In this document: piece after piece, positions 47,493 through 58,314 of the stretch | How positions within the stretch are numbered: position 1 is the first letter of the stretch | How the letters are laid out: each line of letters begins with the position of its first letter | Notes under the pieces: generated by a model | What the model saw: only the letters and a program-made list of their open reading frames with translations | Told to the model about the DNA's origin: nothing | Database searches by the model: none | DNA from: a virus | Lineage: Duplodnaviria; Caudoviricetes | Strand: one strand, 5' to 3' | Length of the DNA stretch: 64,000 nt | IMG/VR virus record: IMGVR_UViG_3300021167_000098 | Location: 1-64,000 of that record | Translations under genes and position numbers: made by a program

Positions 47493-49793
47493 TTATTGTG
47501 TGGCTGTTGCAGTAGTTGCACCAAATGATATTGGCATACCTTTTTGTAATTGTCTTAACATCATCATTTGGTTAATTAATGTTGAATATCTGCTTGTTTT
47601 TTCAGATCTATTCTTAGCATTGTAATTAATCCTTTGATTATTTAAGGCAGCTATATTGTTAATTGCATTAGTTCCTATACCAGCAGATTGTCCTACTAAA
47701 TTATTGATAAACTTATTAGTCTCATTCTTAGCATTAACATCCAACATAGCTTGTTGATTCTGTACTTGATTTTTAGCTTGTTGATACTGACTTTCCAAAC
47801 CAAGATTAATTTGAGCTGCTTGTGCTCCTAGTTGACTATTAGCCTCCATTGCTTTACCTCCAGCTGCTGTAATATAGTTCATTGCTTTACTATAATCAGA
47901 TGTATTAGATAAAGCTGCATTAGCAACAGCATTAGTATTCTTATTGTTTTGATAAGCCAAATAATCAAAATATGATTTATCCATTTGTCTAGGTAAATCA
48001 GGAGTTTTTAAATTAGGTGCTTCAACTCTAGGATTTTGTCCTAGTAATCCAGCCATAGCTGTCATTGAACCTCCTAATACTCCACCTACATTAGACATAA
48101 ATGCATTAGTATTATCTCTTGAATTTCTTCTGAAGTCTCTATCTAAACCATTCATTTGATTTTGTGTATATTGGATATACTGATCATACTCATTAACTAC
48201 TGGTTTATTAGGGTTAGATTGTGCTTGTGCTAATGGACTAGTTACTCCTTTATTACTAAAATTAGTAAATACAGGTGCAGGATTAGTATTTTGATTATAT
48301 ATTAAGTTAGGACTGGTAGTATTAATTTGATTTCCCCAATTTACATTATCTGATATATCTCCAGTTGCTGAAGAAGTTTGATTAAATCTTGGATCATCTT
48401 TATATAACCCTTCTGGCACACCTCCTTGAACATCTGGAGTTTGATAAGTGGGAGGAGTTGGAGGAGTATAAGGAGCTACTGGAACTACTGGTTGTGGTGC
48501 AATTCCTTTTGGTCTAACAGTTGCTCTACCATTTCCTGCTCCTCTACCACCAGGTCTATTTGCTCTAGGATCAGTATTAACTGAATTAAACTTTAATCCT
48601 CTTAATAGATCTGAATTATCTATCATAAACTCTGTATTCCTTTGCTCAGGTTTAATATCAGGATAATCTTTTCTTATTGGTCCATCCCAATAATTAGTTT
48701 TTGTTCCTGGAACTACTGGTTGTGCTTGTGGCATTATTTCTTGTTGTCTTGGTCCATATGGAGACTTTCCATAAGCAATAGATGGATTTAATAAACTAGC
48801 ATTAGGCATGAACTGTAACATTCTTTTCCATGGTGGATCTGTCTGACCTCCATAAGCCATTTCCATAGGGTTAATTTCTGTTTTACCACTTTTACCATCT
48901 TCATTTAACTTTATAAGTTCTCCTAATAGTAATGCTCTGGATGCTTTATTAGCATCAGATGTTCTTTGTGCAAAGATATTACCTTTCTGATTATCTCCTA
49001 AATCTGTTGGGTATAGTTTTCTAAGATTGTCTGTAAGTTCTGATAGAGACATTTCATCCTTAGTAAATATATCACTTAATCTAAACTCTTTATATTTAGA
49101 TTTATCTCCACCTTCTTTATATAACAAAGGTTGTAATCCAAGAACTATCTTTTCAGCTTTGGATTTCTTTAACATTATTCTATTGGAAATAACATAAGAG
49201 TCAGCAGGAAGTACATCTGTTATTTCAGATGATTTCATGTCTTTATGTTTCTTAGTGGCTTTAGTATCAAATATACTACCATCTTGAGTAATAATCTTTT
49301 CTTTAACTTCAGTCTGTACAGGTTGAGGCATTTCTCCTCCAACTACACCACCTTGAGGATATTTTCTAGGTTTAACTTTACCACCCATCATAAGTAGTTG
49401 TAAACCTCCACCTCTGTTAACATCTTGCATGGAATTTTGCATATCATTCTGATATGCTAAGTAATCAAGAGATTGATTCTCTGATTGTCTTTGTAAGTTT
49501 CCCATCATAGCTCCTCCTATCCCTAATAAAGATGAGCCAAAACTTCCAGCCATATTAGTAAGTCCAGCTATATTCTTCTGTCCTACTGCTTGTTTCTCTC
49601 TTTGATTATCATACTTATCCATTTTTGAATTAGTATATGGTAATGTTGGAGGAGTTATTGTTGGGTTTGCTTGTTGGTTACTAATAACACCTGGACTATT
49701 AAGAGTAGTTAAGGGTTGAAATCCTTGCATTGACTGCATAGATTGTGCTCTTTGTCCAAGAGTATTTAGTTGATCTATAGATAAATTAAACAT
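47493..49793 (-). CDS. low-complexity virion cargo/ejection protein
   Basis: 766 aa Q/N/P-rich, Gly-rich hydrophobic helices; lies between the muzzle and ejection genes. Confidence 0.68.
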   Translation of the reverse strand: MFNLSIDQLNTLGQRAQSMQSMQGFQPLTTLNSPGVISNQQANPTITPPTLPYTNSKMDKYDNQREKQAVGQKNIAGLTNMAGSFGSSLLGIGGAMMGNLQRQSENQSLDYLAYQNDMQNSMQDVNRGGGLQLLMMGGKVKPRKYPQGGVVGGEMPQPVQTEVKEKIITQDGSIFDTKATKKHKDMKSSEITDVLPADSYVISNRIMLKKSKAEKIVLGLQPLLYKEGGDKSKYKEFRLSDIFTKDEMSLSELTDNLRKLYPTDLGDNQKGNIFAQRTSDANKASRALLLGELIKLNEDGKSGKTEINPMEMAYGGQTDPPWKRMLQFMPNASLLNPSIAYGKSPYGPRQQEIMPQAQPVVPGTKTNYWDGPIRKDYPDIKPEQRNTEFMIDNSDLLRGLKFNSVNTDPRANRPGGRGAGNGRATVRPKGIAPQPVVPVAPYTPPTPPTYQTPDVQGGVPEGLYKDDPRFNQTSSATGDISDNVNWGNQINTTSPNLIYNQNTNPAPVFTNFSNKGVTSPLAQAQSNPNKPVVNEYDQYIQYTQNQMNGLDRDFRRNSRDNTNAFMSNVGGVLGGSMTAMAGLLGQNPRVEAPNLKTPDLPRQMDKSYFDYLAYQNNKNTNAVANAALSNTSDYSKAMNYITAAGGKAMEANSQLGAQAAQINLGLESQYQQAKNQVQNQQAMLDVNAKNETNKFINNLVGQSAGIGTNAINNIAALNNQRINYNAKNRSEKTSRYSTLINQMMMLRQLQKGMPISFGATTATATQ

Positions 49794-49861
49794 ATATATT
49801 TAAATTAAACACTTAGTTGTCTAATGTTTAATAAACATATAAGCTGTCCTAATAGTTTCTT

Positions 49862-52800
49862 TTACATGGATTTATCACCAAATACTCCTAATGACCTTTT
49901 ACAGATCAATTCATAGTTTGTATCCTCTGCATTATCTAATACAAATCTGGAAACAATATATTTATCATATAGTGCTTTATGCTTCATTTGTTTAGAGATG
50001 TTAGCAGTATTTAATTGAATCTTATCTTGCTCATCCTTAATGAATAAAGGAACTTCTGTATTAATAGAGTAATCAGCTATGTCAGAATATCTCCAGTTTC
50101 TACCTTGTTTAGACATAATCATAGTATCTGAATTTTCAACCATAGCTCCTTTGATAGTATTCTTCTTAGGATTAGACACTAAATCCATTATTCTTGTAGC
50201 TTGATTAGAATTATAAAAGAATCCTTTATTAAATCCTAATTCTAAATCCTGAGCATAAGTCCTTGTCTTCTCATTAAATAGATTAGCTTCTGTATCTAAC
50301 ATTGTATATTCATGTTGATAAGAATTAAATCCATCAATAACAGATGAGTATTCAATAATAAATGGATAGTATTTACCAAAATAAGTTTGATATTTCTTAC
50401 CTACATTGTATTGCCATATTTTACTATCTAATGGAGAATAAATATTAAATCTATCAAACATATAAAGATGTGGTGTGTAACTATGTTCACTTAACCATTT
50501 CTTTTCCATAGGATCATAAGAGTATGTCCATGACTTATCAATACAAGTTTCTCCATTAAACATTACTTTACCATCTGGAGAAGGTAAGAAATCTCTTTTA
50601 GTTATTAATAATCTTTCATTCTTATAATCATATCCTATTGCATATCCAATACCTTCATCAGATTTCTGATCTACATTTGCAAATCCTGGTCTTGCTTTAA
50701 GATATTCAAATTTAAGATTCTCTTTCATGAATTGTCTTACACCATAATTAGATATTTCTTCTGGCGCACCTCCATTAAAATTATAGATTCTTCCTGCTTC
50801 TTCATCAATAAATATAAATCCAAGTGCTGTATTAATAGAACCATTAGGATATTTAATACCTGCATAACCTTCAAGAACTCCATCAGCAATAGGAATAGCT
50901 GCATTAATATAATCTCCTTTACCTAATTCTAAAGTAGCATCTCCAAATTCTAATGTTGATGTACCTACTTGTAAGTCTAATATCATATCTGTACATGCAG
51001 CAAACATTTTCTGTCCTCTGATGATCATAGTTGTTATCTTACCATACTTAGAAGTTATATCCAACATGTTATTAACCTTGAAATTTCTCCAAGCATCATT
51101 AGCTGCTCCTATAATCTGAGGATTAGAATAGATAATTTTATTAGAAGGTTCAGCTACACAAAGACATGTATTATAATTAATAGGTGCTCCATAGCTAGGA
51201 TTTAATTCATTCTGAGAACTATAATTCCAGTTATATCTATTGAAGTTATCATGGAAATCTTTCTTAAATCCATCTCCAGGTCCACCTTGCTTATCATTAA
51301 AACATTGTTTAATACCCAAGAACTGTAAAAGATAAGGGGAAGCAAATGTTTTAAGAGCTATATATAAGAGTATTACAAAGACTATAGTTATAATTAATAA
51401 TACAATTTGTATAATAATTGATAATAATGCACCAGCTATACCTCCACCACCATGTATATAACCTCCTAATTGAAGTAATATATATAATGGAAATATAATC
51501 TTGATGGCAAAGATTACAAATGTAATCCATATTCTTTGATATAGAGATATTTCTGGAAACTCCATATAAAACATGTTCAAGTACTTATCTTTCCAAGCTA
51601 CATTGCCATGAAAACTAGAATCTAAATCATATCCTTTTGTATCAAAATAGTTTATTTCTTTATCTTGTTCTTTACCTTTTATCCTTAATGGAACTGCAAC
51701 ATCTGATTCTACCCAAGTAATAATCTCTGTTTTCTGAACTCCTGGATAATATACTTTCTTATCCTTAGCTGGATTACCATCAAAGATAGTCTTACCATCC
51801 CAATATCCTCCTCCTTTATCTGCTGGATCACCATCAGGATCATTATTAAATCCTCTAAGTCCAGAACCATTTCTTGGATCAACTTTAATAGTTAAACCAG
51901 CAACTGGAATATTAGCACATAAACCTAATGCCCATGCTAGTTTAGCACCAGTCATGTTTTCAACTAACTTCTTAATTTTACTAGTTCCCCCTTGTGCCTT
52001 ACCACCTCTTTTTCCTGGACCTGTTTCTGGTGCATTTTGAGCAGCATCTGCTGCTTCAGAGAATGTAAGTGGATCTTCTATAAGAACATTATCTCCAACT
52101 AAATTAGATATGTAACTAGATTTAGTAAATGAATATGGAGTTATATAAGTATCTCCACATGCTCCTGTAATAGAACCATTAATTAAATCTTGCCATGTAC
52201 CTTCTATTCCTGTTGGAATATAAGCAGCAGATTCTAATCTACCATATTGTCTTTTATTTTCTCTTACTATACCACCATATAAAGCAGCTGCATTATAAAT
52301 AGGACCTTCAAAGAACTTAACATTACCCAAAAATGAACCATCTCTGGTTTGATCCTTAGCTAAATTACCTCCTTGTCCATTGTATTCTCCAGTTATGAAA
52401 GGATCTATTCCCTTACCTAGTTTGTAAAAATCATCTAATTGTATAAACACACATGCTTCAGAATCTTTATTACTAAATGGTAATGTGAAGTTTGGACCTT
52501 TTTTAAGTACTTTATCAGCACCTACATAAGATACATCTTTAATACATCTTATTGCCCTGTCTTCTCCTGAAGTTTTCTCAGGAAGTTTAAATTTATTTAA
52601 ATGTACAGCAGCTCTATATCCCTTCTGTCCAATTTTAGGAACATTTAATCCATTTCCTTTAGTAAGTATTTGTGCAATACCACCAATAGAATGTAATTCA
52701 GGAGTGCCTGGCTGATCACCTGATGCATATAATCCATGTCTCCAACCTTTACCATAATGCTCTTGATCTACTATAAATTTAGAACCTAATATATATGGTT

Positions 52801-55327
52801 TAGAAAATGCAGTTGTTGGACTATGAAATGTATATCCAGCAGTTTCTGACAAATAACCAGCATGTACTTTATTAGTAGTAGAGTTTATATGTCTATTAAA
52901 TAACTCTAATGATGATACACCATTAGATGGATATAATTTCTTAGTTCCATAATCATCTCCTTCAAATGTAGGTAATAATAATCCTTTAGCTAAAATTGTT
53001 TTATTAGATTCATCTCTCTTAATCATTACAATAGAGAATGGATTAGTTCCACATAAAGGTTTAGGAGTATCTTTAGGAGCTTCAATACCAGTTAAGTTTA
53101 ATCCAATTACATCTACATAACCTCTGTCTAACTCATCATTACCAGTTTCCTGTATATTAGTTACACCAGTCATGTATGAAATAAAGAATGGAATTTTCTC
53201 TGCTGTTGGAACTCTAAATTGTCTTATTCTTTCTCCAGCTAGTTCTTCTCCAAACATTAACTTTCCATCACACTTTAAAGTAGTTGGATAAGTTTCTTTA
53301 CTTTCAGAGTAACCAAACTGACCTGTCATTACAACTAAAGGAATACAATCTATAACTGTACATCCATCCTCATCATAAATAGGTTGACATGGTACATTAG
53401 AATCATGATCATTATTCTCTGCTCCTGGATCTGTTGGATCACCTTTTTTTGGAACACATATTTTAGGTGGAGTTGTTTCACCATAATTTCTACATCTTCC
53501 TGGATGTATATCATCTGGATATTCTGGGTCTCCTTCTTCTAATTCAACACAAACACAAGGTTCTTTACATCCTCCAACTCCAGGCTTACAAAATGTATTG
53601 CCTGAATCACATGCTTTCCAAGTTGGATCATCTATGCAATCACAACCTTCTGGACATTTTCCATCTTCACATAATTGTCCTATACATAAGGGATTACTTC
53701 TTGTACCTAATTCACCACTTATATCATCTCCTTGTCCACCAGAGTTATTAGATCCTTCATATTCAATATCTATTGTTCCTGGATTACCATCTCCATTTCC
53801 TGGAGGTGTTACAACAACAGGAGTTACTACTGGATCTGGATTACCTGTGTTTTCTGTAGCATCTACAGTTGGTCCATCACAACAATCTCCTCCAGCTATA
53901 TTGTCTAATAGATCTTCTTCATCTTGCAGATCTTTTTCAGCATCCTTATTTATTTCCTTAATTAAATCTTCTCCTTCTTTCTTAGCATCTTCTCCCCATT
54001 CATCCACTGTTTTAAAAGGTTCTTTAATAGGAATGTGATTTTTATATACTTTCTCAGATGCAGCAGATTCCTGGTATGGATCTCCATAACCAGCATGTGT
54101 CATTTCTATAATAGAAGTATCTTTAATCTCCCAAGCTTCTCTAGGACAATCAGAACACTTATCATCTACTATTGCAGCATCAGATGCTGATTTGGGTCTA
54201 TTAATTAATGGAAATACTACTGACTTTGTACCATCACAGTAATTCCATTCTATACCAAACATATAATTCTCACCTCTTAATAAGGTAGGATATTTATAAG
54301 CATCTTCTACTCTTACTCTTCTAACTGCAAATCCAACTTTTATTTTATTTGCAGTCTCCTGATAATCTAAATTCCAATGATTATCAACATCATAAAGGAT
54401 AAGTCTATTATCTTTTTGAATAAGTCCTTTACCACTAATCCAATAATCTTCTTTCTTTTGAATTTCCTGAATAGTTAAATCTCTGATTTCATCATTAGGG
54501 CCTCTGTAATCAAGATTAATTCCATTTGAGTTATAAGGTTGTTTATCATAAATAAGATGCACAGTGGTCTTATAATCAATAGTTTTGATTATTGCAACAT
54601 CAATGAAATTATAATTCTGAGAAAGTCCACTTAACTGTATAGAAACATATTGATCAGATATTTCCCCAGCTTTATTATCACCTCCAAATATCTTTGCATG
54701 TTGTGAGATTTTAAACCAGTTTGTGTAATTACTATCTTCATCAGTAAGTCTTACAGCTACTTGATAAATACCATTAGGTACACCATATCCACCATTCTCA
54801 ATATTGTTTAATTTAACTTTTGGAGCACAATTACATTTAAATAATCTTAACTTATCACAAGTCTTATTATTCTTTAAATCAGCCTCATCTATATTAAGAT
54901 ATCTATATATTCTATTGTTTGACCAATAAAGAACTATTTCATTACAAGGTTGAATCCTCTTAACTTCAATTCCAATCCATTCTTCAAATCCAAATTCCAG
55001 TTTACAAGAATGTTCTGTATCATTGAAGTAAGTTTTATAACTACATTCATCTGTATTAATAGCACCTATTTCTGAGTTAGTACCATTAAAAGAAAAGATT
55101 ACAAACTCATTCCTCTCAGGAATTTGAGTATAACCTCTCATTTTATAACCATCTGGAAGACTGGCACATAATTCTGTACCTTTTTCATTAGAGTAACCAA
55201 ACTTATTATATCTATCTGTTTGTTTAACTCCATTCAATACATAAGACAGAGTATTCTTAGGAGCTAAAGATGGATGTGCATCCATCCATAAGTTCTCAAA
55301 TATATTTTCACTCTGCTTCTTTTCCAT
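49862..55327 (-). CDS. tail stabilization/muzzle protein (P22 gp10-like, crAss type)
   Basis: 1821 aa; SNEKG, NRLIL, RGENYMFGI, GYDYKNERLLITKRD, SWTYSY....WLSEHSY.P motifs; position after the ring genes. Confidence 0.8.
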   Translation of the reverse strand: MEKKQSENIFENLWMDAHPSLAPKNTLSYVLNGVKQTDRYNKFGYSNEKGTELCASLPDGYKMRGYTQIPERNEFVIFSFNGTNSEIGAINTDECSYKTYFNDTEHSCKLEFGFEEWIGIEVKRIQPCNEIVLYWSNNRIYRYLNIDEADLKNNKTCDKLRLFKCNCAPKVKLNNIENGGYGVPNGIYQVAVRLTDEDSNYTNWFKISQHAKIFGGDNKAGEISDQYVSIQLSGLSQNYNFIDVAIIKTIDYKTTVHLIYDKQPYNSNGINLDYRGPNDEIRDLTIQEIQKKEDYWISGKGLIQKDNRLILYDVDNHWNLDYQETANKIKVGFAVRRVRVEDAYKYPTLLRGENYMFGIEWNYCDGTKSVVFPLINRPKSASDAAIVDDKCSDCPREAWEIKDTSIIEMTHAGYGDPYQESAASEKVYKNHIPIKEPFKTVDEWGEDAKKEGEDLIKEINKDAEKDLQDEEDLLDNIAGGDCCDGPTVDATENTGNPDPVVTPVVVTPPGNGDGNPGTIDIEYEGSNNSGGQGDDISGELGTRSNPLCIGQLCEDGKCPEGCDCIDDPTWKACDSGNTFCKPGVGGCKEPCVCVELEEGDPEYPDDIHPGRCRNYGETTPPKICVPKKGDPTDPGAENNDHDSNVPCQPIYDEDGCTVIDCIPLVVMTGQFGYSESKETYPTTLKCDGKLMFGEELAGERIRQFRVPTAEKIPFFISYMTGVTNIQETGNDELDRGYVDVIGLNLTGIEAPKDTPKPLCGTNPFSIVMIKRDESNKTILAKGLLLPTFEGDDYGTKKLYPSNGVSSLELFNRHINSTTNKVHAGYLSETAGYTFHSPTTAFSKPYILGSKFIVDQEHYGKGWRHGLYASGDQPGTPELHSIGGIAQILTKGNGLNVPKIGQKGYRAAVHLNKFKLPEKTSGEDRAIRCIKDVSYVGADKVLKKGPNFTLPFSNKDSEACVFIQLDDFYKLGKGIDPFITGEYNGQGGNLAKDQTRDGSFLGNVKFFEGPIYNAAALYGGIVRENKRQYGRLESAAYIPTGIEGTWQDLINGSITGACGDTYITPYSFTKSSYISNLVGDNVLIEDPLTFSEAADAAQNAPETGPGKRGGKAQGGTSKIKKLVENMTGAKLAWALGLCANIPVAGLTIKVDPRNGSGLRGFNNDPDGDPADKGGGYWDGKTIFDGNPAKDKKVYYPGVQKTEIITWVESDVAVPLRIKGKEQDKEINYFDTKGYDLDSSFHGNVAWKDKYLNMFYMEFPEISLYQRIWITFVIFAIKIIFPLYILLQLGGYIHGGGGIAGALLSIIIQIVLLIITIVFVILLYIALKTFASPYLLQFLGIKQCFNDKQGGPGDGFKKDFHDNFNRYNWNYSSQNELNPSYGAPINYNTCLCVAEPSNKIIYSNPQIIGAANDAWRNFKVNNMLDITSKYGKITTMIIRGQKMFAACTDMILDLQVGTSTLEFGDATLELGKGDYINAAIPIADGVLEGYAGIKYPNGSINTALGFIFIDEEAGRIYNFNGGAPEEISNYGVRQFMKENLKFEYLKARPGFANVDQKSDEGIGYAIGYDYKNERLLITKRDFLPSPDGKVMFNGETCIDKSWTYSYDPMEKKWLSEHSYTPHLYMFDRFNIYSPLDSKIWQYNVGKKYQTYFGKYYPFIIEYSSVIDGFNSYQHEYTMLDTEANLFNEKTRTYAQDLELGFNKGFFYNSNQATRIMDLVSNPKKNTIKGAMVENSDTMIMSKQGRNWRYSDIADYSINTEVPLFIKDEQDKIQLNTANISKQMKHKALYDKYIVSRFVLDNAEDTNYELICKRSLGVFGDKSM

Positions 55328-55328
55328 A

Positions 55329-55970
55329 TTATAATTTAATTAAAGGATAAGTTGCTCCTATCCCAACATAATAATCAAGTCTGTTAGCAGCAAGACTATA
55401 TCCTACTCCTATTTGTGGACCAATAACTATGTTATATCTCTTGCTAGGTTTCATATAAGTTTTTAAAACTCCTATGTCACTACTTGGATTAAATGAATAT
55501 ACATCTACTTCCAATCTTGGTTTAAATATTCCTTTCTCTCTTACTTCAACAACATAATCTGATTGTACATCTATATCTAACTTAATAGAATCTGGTTGAG
55601 TTCTGGATATAAATCCTTTCATCCAAGCAGTATTAATATATGTACTATCTTTAAATGTACCTTCCAATTTAGTAGAAGTGGACATAAAAGTAGCTGACTC
55701 AGTTCTATTATCTATTGCTTTCTGTAAAGCAATAATTCCTGGATCATCTGATTTTATGTTCTTAAATGTCTTTGCATCAGTCTCTACCACACCTGTTGTA
55801 AAAGTTTTAGTGCCATCCTTATGTATCAAAACAGAAATTGAGTCATTTAAGTTAATTAATGACTCAGAATATTCTTTACTTTTATCACATTGTTTTAACC
55901 ATAGAGATCCTACAACCAGTATAATGATGATATATATTACATCTCTATACTTTGTAAGGTTTATATTCAT
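55329..55970 (-). CDS. membrane-anchored protein, possible spanin-like lysis accessory
   Basis: N-terminal TM followed by LKQC; C-terminal amphipathic beta hairpin IGPQIGVGY...YVGIGATY. Confidence 0.55.
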   Translation of the reverse strand: MNINLTKYRDVIYIIIILVVGSLWLKQCDKSKEYSESLINLNDSISVLIHKDGTKTFTTGVVETDAKTFKNIKSDDPGIIALQKAIDNRTESATFMSTSTKLEGTFKDSTYINTAWMKGFISRTQPDSIKLDIDVQSDYVVEVREKGIFKPRLEVDVYSFNPSSDIGVLKTYMKPSKRYNIVIGPQIGVGYSLAANRLDYYVGIGATYPLIKL

Positions 55971-56922
55971 CTGGTTTATATCTATTTAAATTTGTCTGAC
56001 TATGATAGTTTGGTATCATTTTAGTCCAATGATTCTTAATAAATGCCTCAAACTCATCAGGTGAAGGGAATTCTAATTGTGCTCTTGCAATCTTAATATC
56101 TCTATCAGCAGCTTGTGTCATATCCCCCCAAAAAGCTCTATCTCCTTGAGTTTTAGTTTTAGTATATTCTTGTAATGCCATTCTTTCAAGCATATAAGAT
56201 ACTACAGCTCTATAAGCTACTGGATGATCAGGAATCATAAGATATCCATTATCATCAACTGGTTCAGATCTATATGAAAGAATAAGTTCTCCTTTCTTAA
56301 AAGAAGTTTCTATTCTACCTCCTTGAACCATATATTCATCTCTGCAAGATAATTCAGGTAAATCACAATCTTCATTTGTTTGACTTTTCAATAAATGAAA
56401 ATTATTAGTTGAATAAGGTAATATTTGGAATCTTTGAATAGCTTCTGGACATTTCTTAGTAGCTGTACTAAATTCACCATTATAGTGTCTTGTTCCTTCA
56501 TACTGTAATCCAGGATGTGCATCTCTCCAATTACCATCAGCAGTAACTACTACAGCAGCTATTGCACAATCACATGGACCTGACATATGACATTTAGGAC
56601 ATTCTTTTGTTATTCTAAGTTTACAACCTGAACCATAACAATCTTGTGTCCATTCAATTATTTCTTCTCTAGTGCATGTAGCATTAGGTTCTTTAGTATA
56701 TAATACCTGTTCTACTGCCTTAAATCCTTTAGGAGTATTAGCATGATAGTTTTCTACTGGAAGAACAGCTATCCTAAGATCCATAATAGATCCAGTAGAT
56801 ATCTTCTCAATACCATCATTAGCAGCTGATAACAACATAGTTCTATTAATCTCCCCATACTGTGGAGCTAGTTTAAGATACTCTGTTAGAACTGATTCTA
56901 TATTACTAAAAGTTAAATTCAT
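55945..56922 (-). CDS. tail tubular/ring protein (crAss-like)
   Basis: I.TSFKKG.LILSY...PVDD.GY.MIPD motif; position upstream of the muzzle gene. Confidence 0.7.
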   Translation of the reverse strand: MNLTFSNIESVLTEYLKLAPQYGEINRTMLLSAANDGIEKISTGSIMDLRIAVLPVENYHANTPKGFKAVEQVLYTKEPNATCTREEIIEWTQDCYGSGCKLRITKECPKCHMSGPCDCAIAAVVVTADGNWRDAHPGLQYEGTRHYNGEFSTATKKCPEAIQRFQILPYSTNNFHLLKSQTNEDCDLPELSCRDEYMVQGGRIETSFKKGELILSYRSEPVDDNGYLMIPDHPVAYRAVVSYMLERMALQEYTKTKTQGDRAFWGDMTQAADRDIKIARAQLEFPSPDEFEAFIKNHWTKMIPNYHSQTNLNRYKPDEYKPYKV

Positions 56923-57353
56923 AACATCCCAACAGTTTTGTAATCTTTATTGTTCCTTGCGCAATCTTTAATCCATTGTGCCAATCCTCTTGATCCTATT
57001 TCTCTTTTTATTTCATCCCTGATAGGTTTAAAATAATAGATATTCTTATTTTTAAATATTGCATTTTTCTTAGACCACTTATAACTAAAAGACTTATTAA
57101 AAGTATGAAAGTTCTTATAAGATGTTTTAACTCCAGTCTTATTAAATGTTCCAAAATCCATCACTCTTTTTGAGGTTTCCCTCATAGCTATGTATATAGT
57201 TCCTAAAGCATATGGTAACTGACAGATATAAGGTTCTCTTATAATAGCCTGTGATAACTTCCATAGAAATAATTTACATACTTCTAAATAAACTTTAGGT
57301 TCACAATGCTCATATTTCTTACTAAAATCTTTTATTGTAATTGTCTTACTCAT
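56919..57353 (-). CDS. IHF/HU-like DNA-binding protein (crAss type)
   Basis: Basic 144 aa; LP..LG.I.I motif, W.K...FKP.R; conserved position among tail genes. Confidence 0.65.
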   Translation of the reverse strand: MSKTITIKDFSKKYEHCEPKVYLEVCKLFLWKLSQAIIREPYICQLPYALGTIYIAMRETSKRVMDFGTFNKTGVKTSYKNFHTFNKSFSYKWSKKNAIFKNKNIYYFKPIRDEIKREIGSRGLAQWIKDCARNNKDYKTVGML

Positions 57354-58051
57354 GGTCTCTTAGCTGAATCAGGTTCTTCATTATTAAATAATTCAGGTTG
57401 AGCAGTAGATTTAACTTTGATTAGTTTATCAAATACCATCTCATAAAGAATAGGTAACAACTCATCATCTATTACAAACTCTCTATCTAATGGATCACAA
57501 ATATGTACTGGCTTTCCACAATTAGGAAATGCAAGAACTTCAAGATTATCAACAGGTATTAATGTAGCTGATACTACTTCCTTATCATTATCTGAATAAA
57601 TATATAAGTATGCTACTTCTCCAAATGATTTAATTGTGTAATATGGTTTAATTCTTTCTGCTGGGAATCTACTATTTAATCTATCCTCAAACTCATCCCA
57701 TCTTAAATATTCATAAGTTTTATTACCTAATATAGATGTAACTGATTGATATGCTCCAGTGATATCATTAGGAATTGGAACTTTAGATCTTTGAAATGTG
57801 CATCCACTAGCTGGAATACATGGACATTCACTCATGTCTATCTTCTCTAACTCAATACATTTTAAAGTCATGTATGTAGATCTGGAAATAGGAATCTTTT
57901 TATTCTTCTTATCCCAAAGCAATCTAACTTTATACATTTTAAGATAATAATAAACTAGTCTATGTGACCATTCTTTATCTTGAGATAATTTACCTTGTTT
58001 CTCAGAAACCATCTCCATCCATCCATTTATTACATCTCTATTAGTTCTCAT
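57350..58051 (-). CDS. tail ring/adaptor protein (crAss-like)
   Basis: LKCIELEKID..ECPC...C...RS..PIP, YLYI, CDPLD.EF.ID motifs. Confidence 0.65.
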   Translation of the reverse strand: MRTNRDVINGWMEMVSEKQGKLSQDKEWSHRLVYYYLKMYKVRLLWDKKNKKIPISRSTYMTLKCIELEKIDMSECPCIPASGCTFQRSKVPIPNDITGAYQSVTSILGNKTYEYLRWDEFEDRLNSRFPAERIKPYYTIKSFGEVAYLYIYSDNDKEVVSATLIPVDNLEVLAFPNCGKPVHICDPLDREFVIDDELLPILYEMVFDKLIKVKSTAQPELFNNEEPDSAKRP

Positions 58052-58053
58052 GA

Positions 58054-58314
58054 TTAATATATTTTAATAACCTGATCTTGCTTATTGAAAACAAACATTA
58101 AGTTATATTTATTTCTTATTTCTGAAACTACATAATTTATATAATTATTATAGTCCAATCCTCCAAGTTTAAGTTGGAATTGTATTTTTAACATAAAGTG
58201 TTCAAACCAATTATATGTCTGTTTATCCAAATTAGAATGTTCAAGATACTCCATATATAGAATACCTTGAACATTATTATCTTTAAACATTTGAACTAGT
58301 GCATCTCTATTCAA
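58054..58314 (-). CDS. hypothetical protein
   Basis: 86 aa ORF in operon context. Confidence 0.65.
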   Translation of the reverse strand: MNRDALVQMFKDNNVQGILYMEYLEHSNLDKQTYNWFEHFMLKIQFQLKLGGLDYNNYINYVVSEIRNKYNLMFVFNKQDQVIKIY

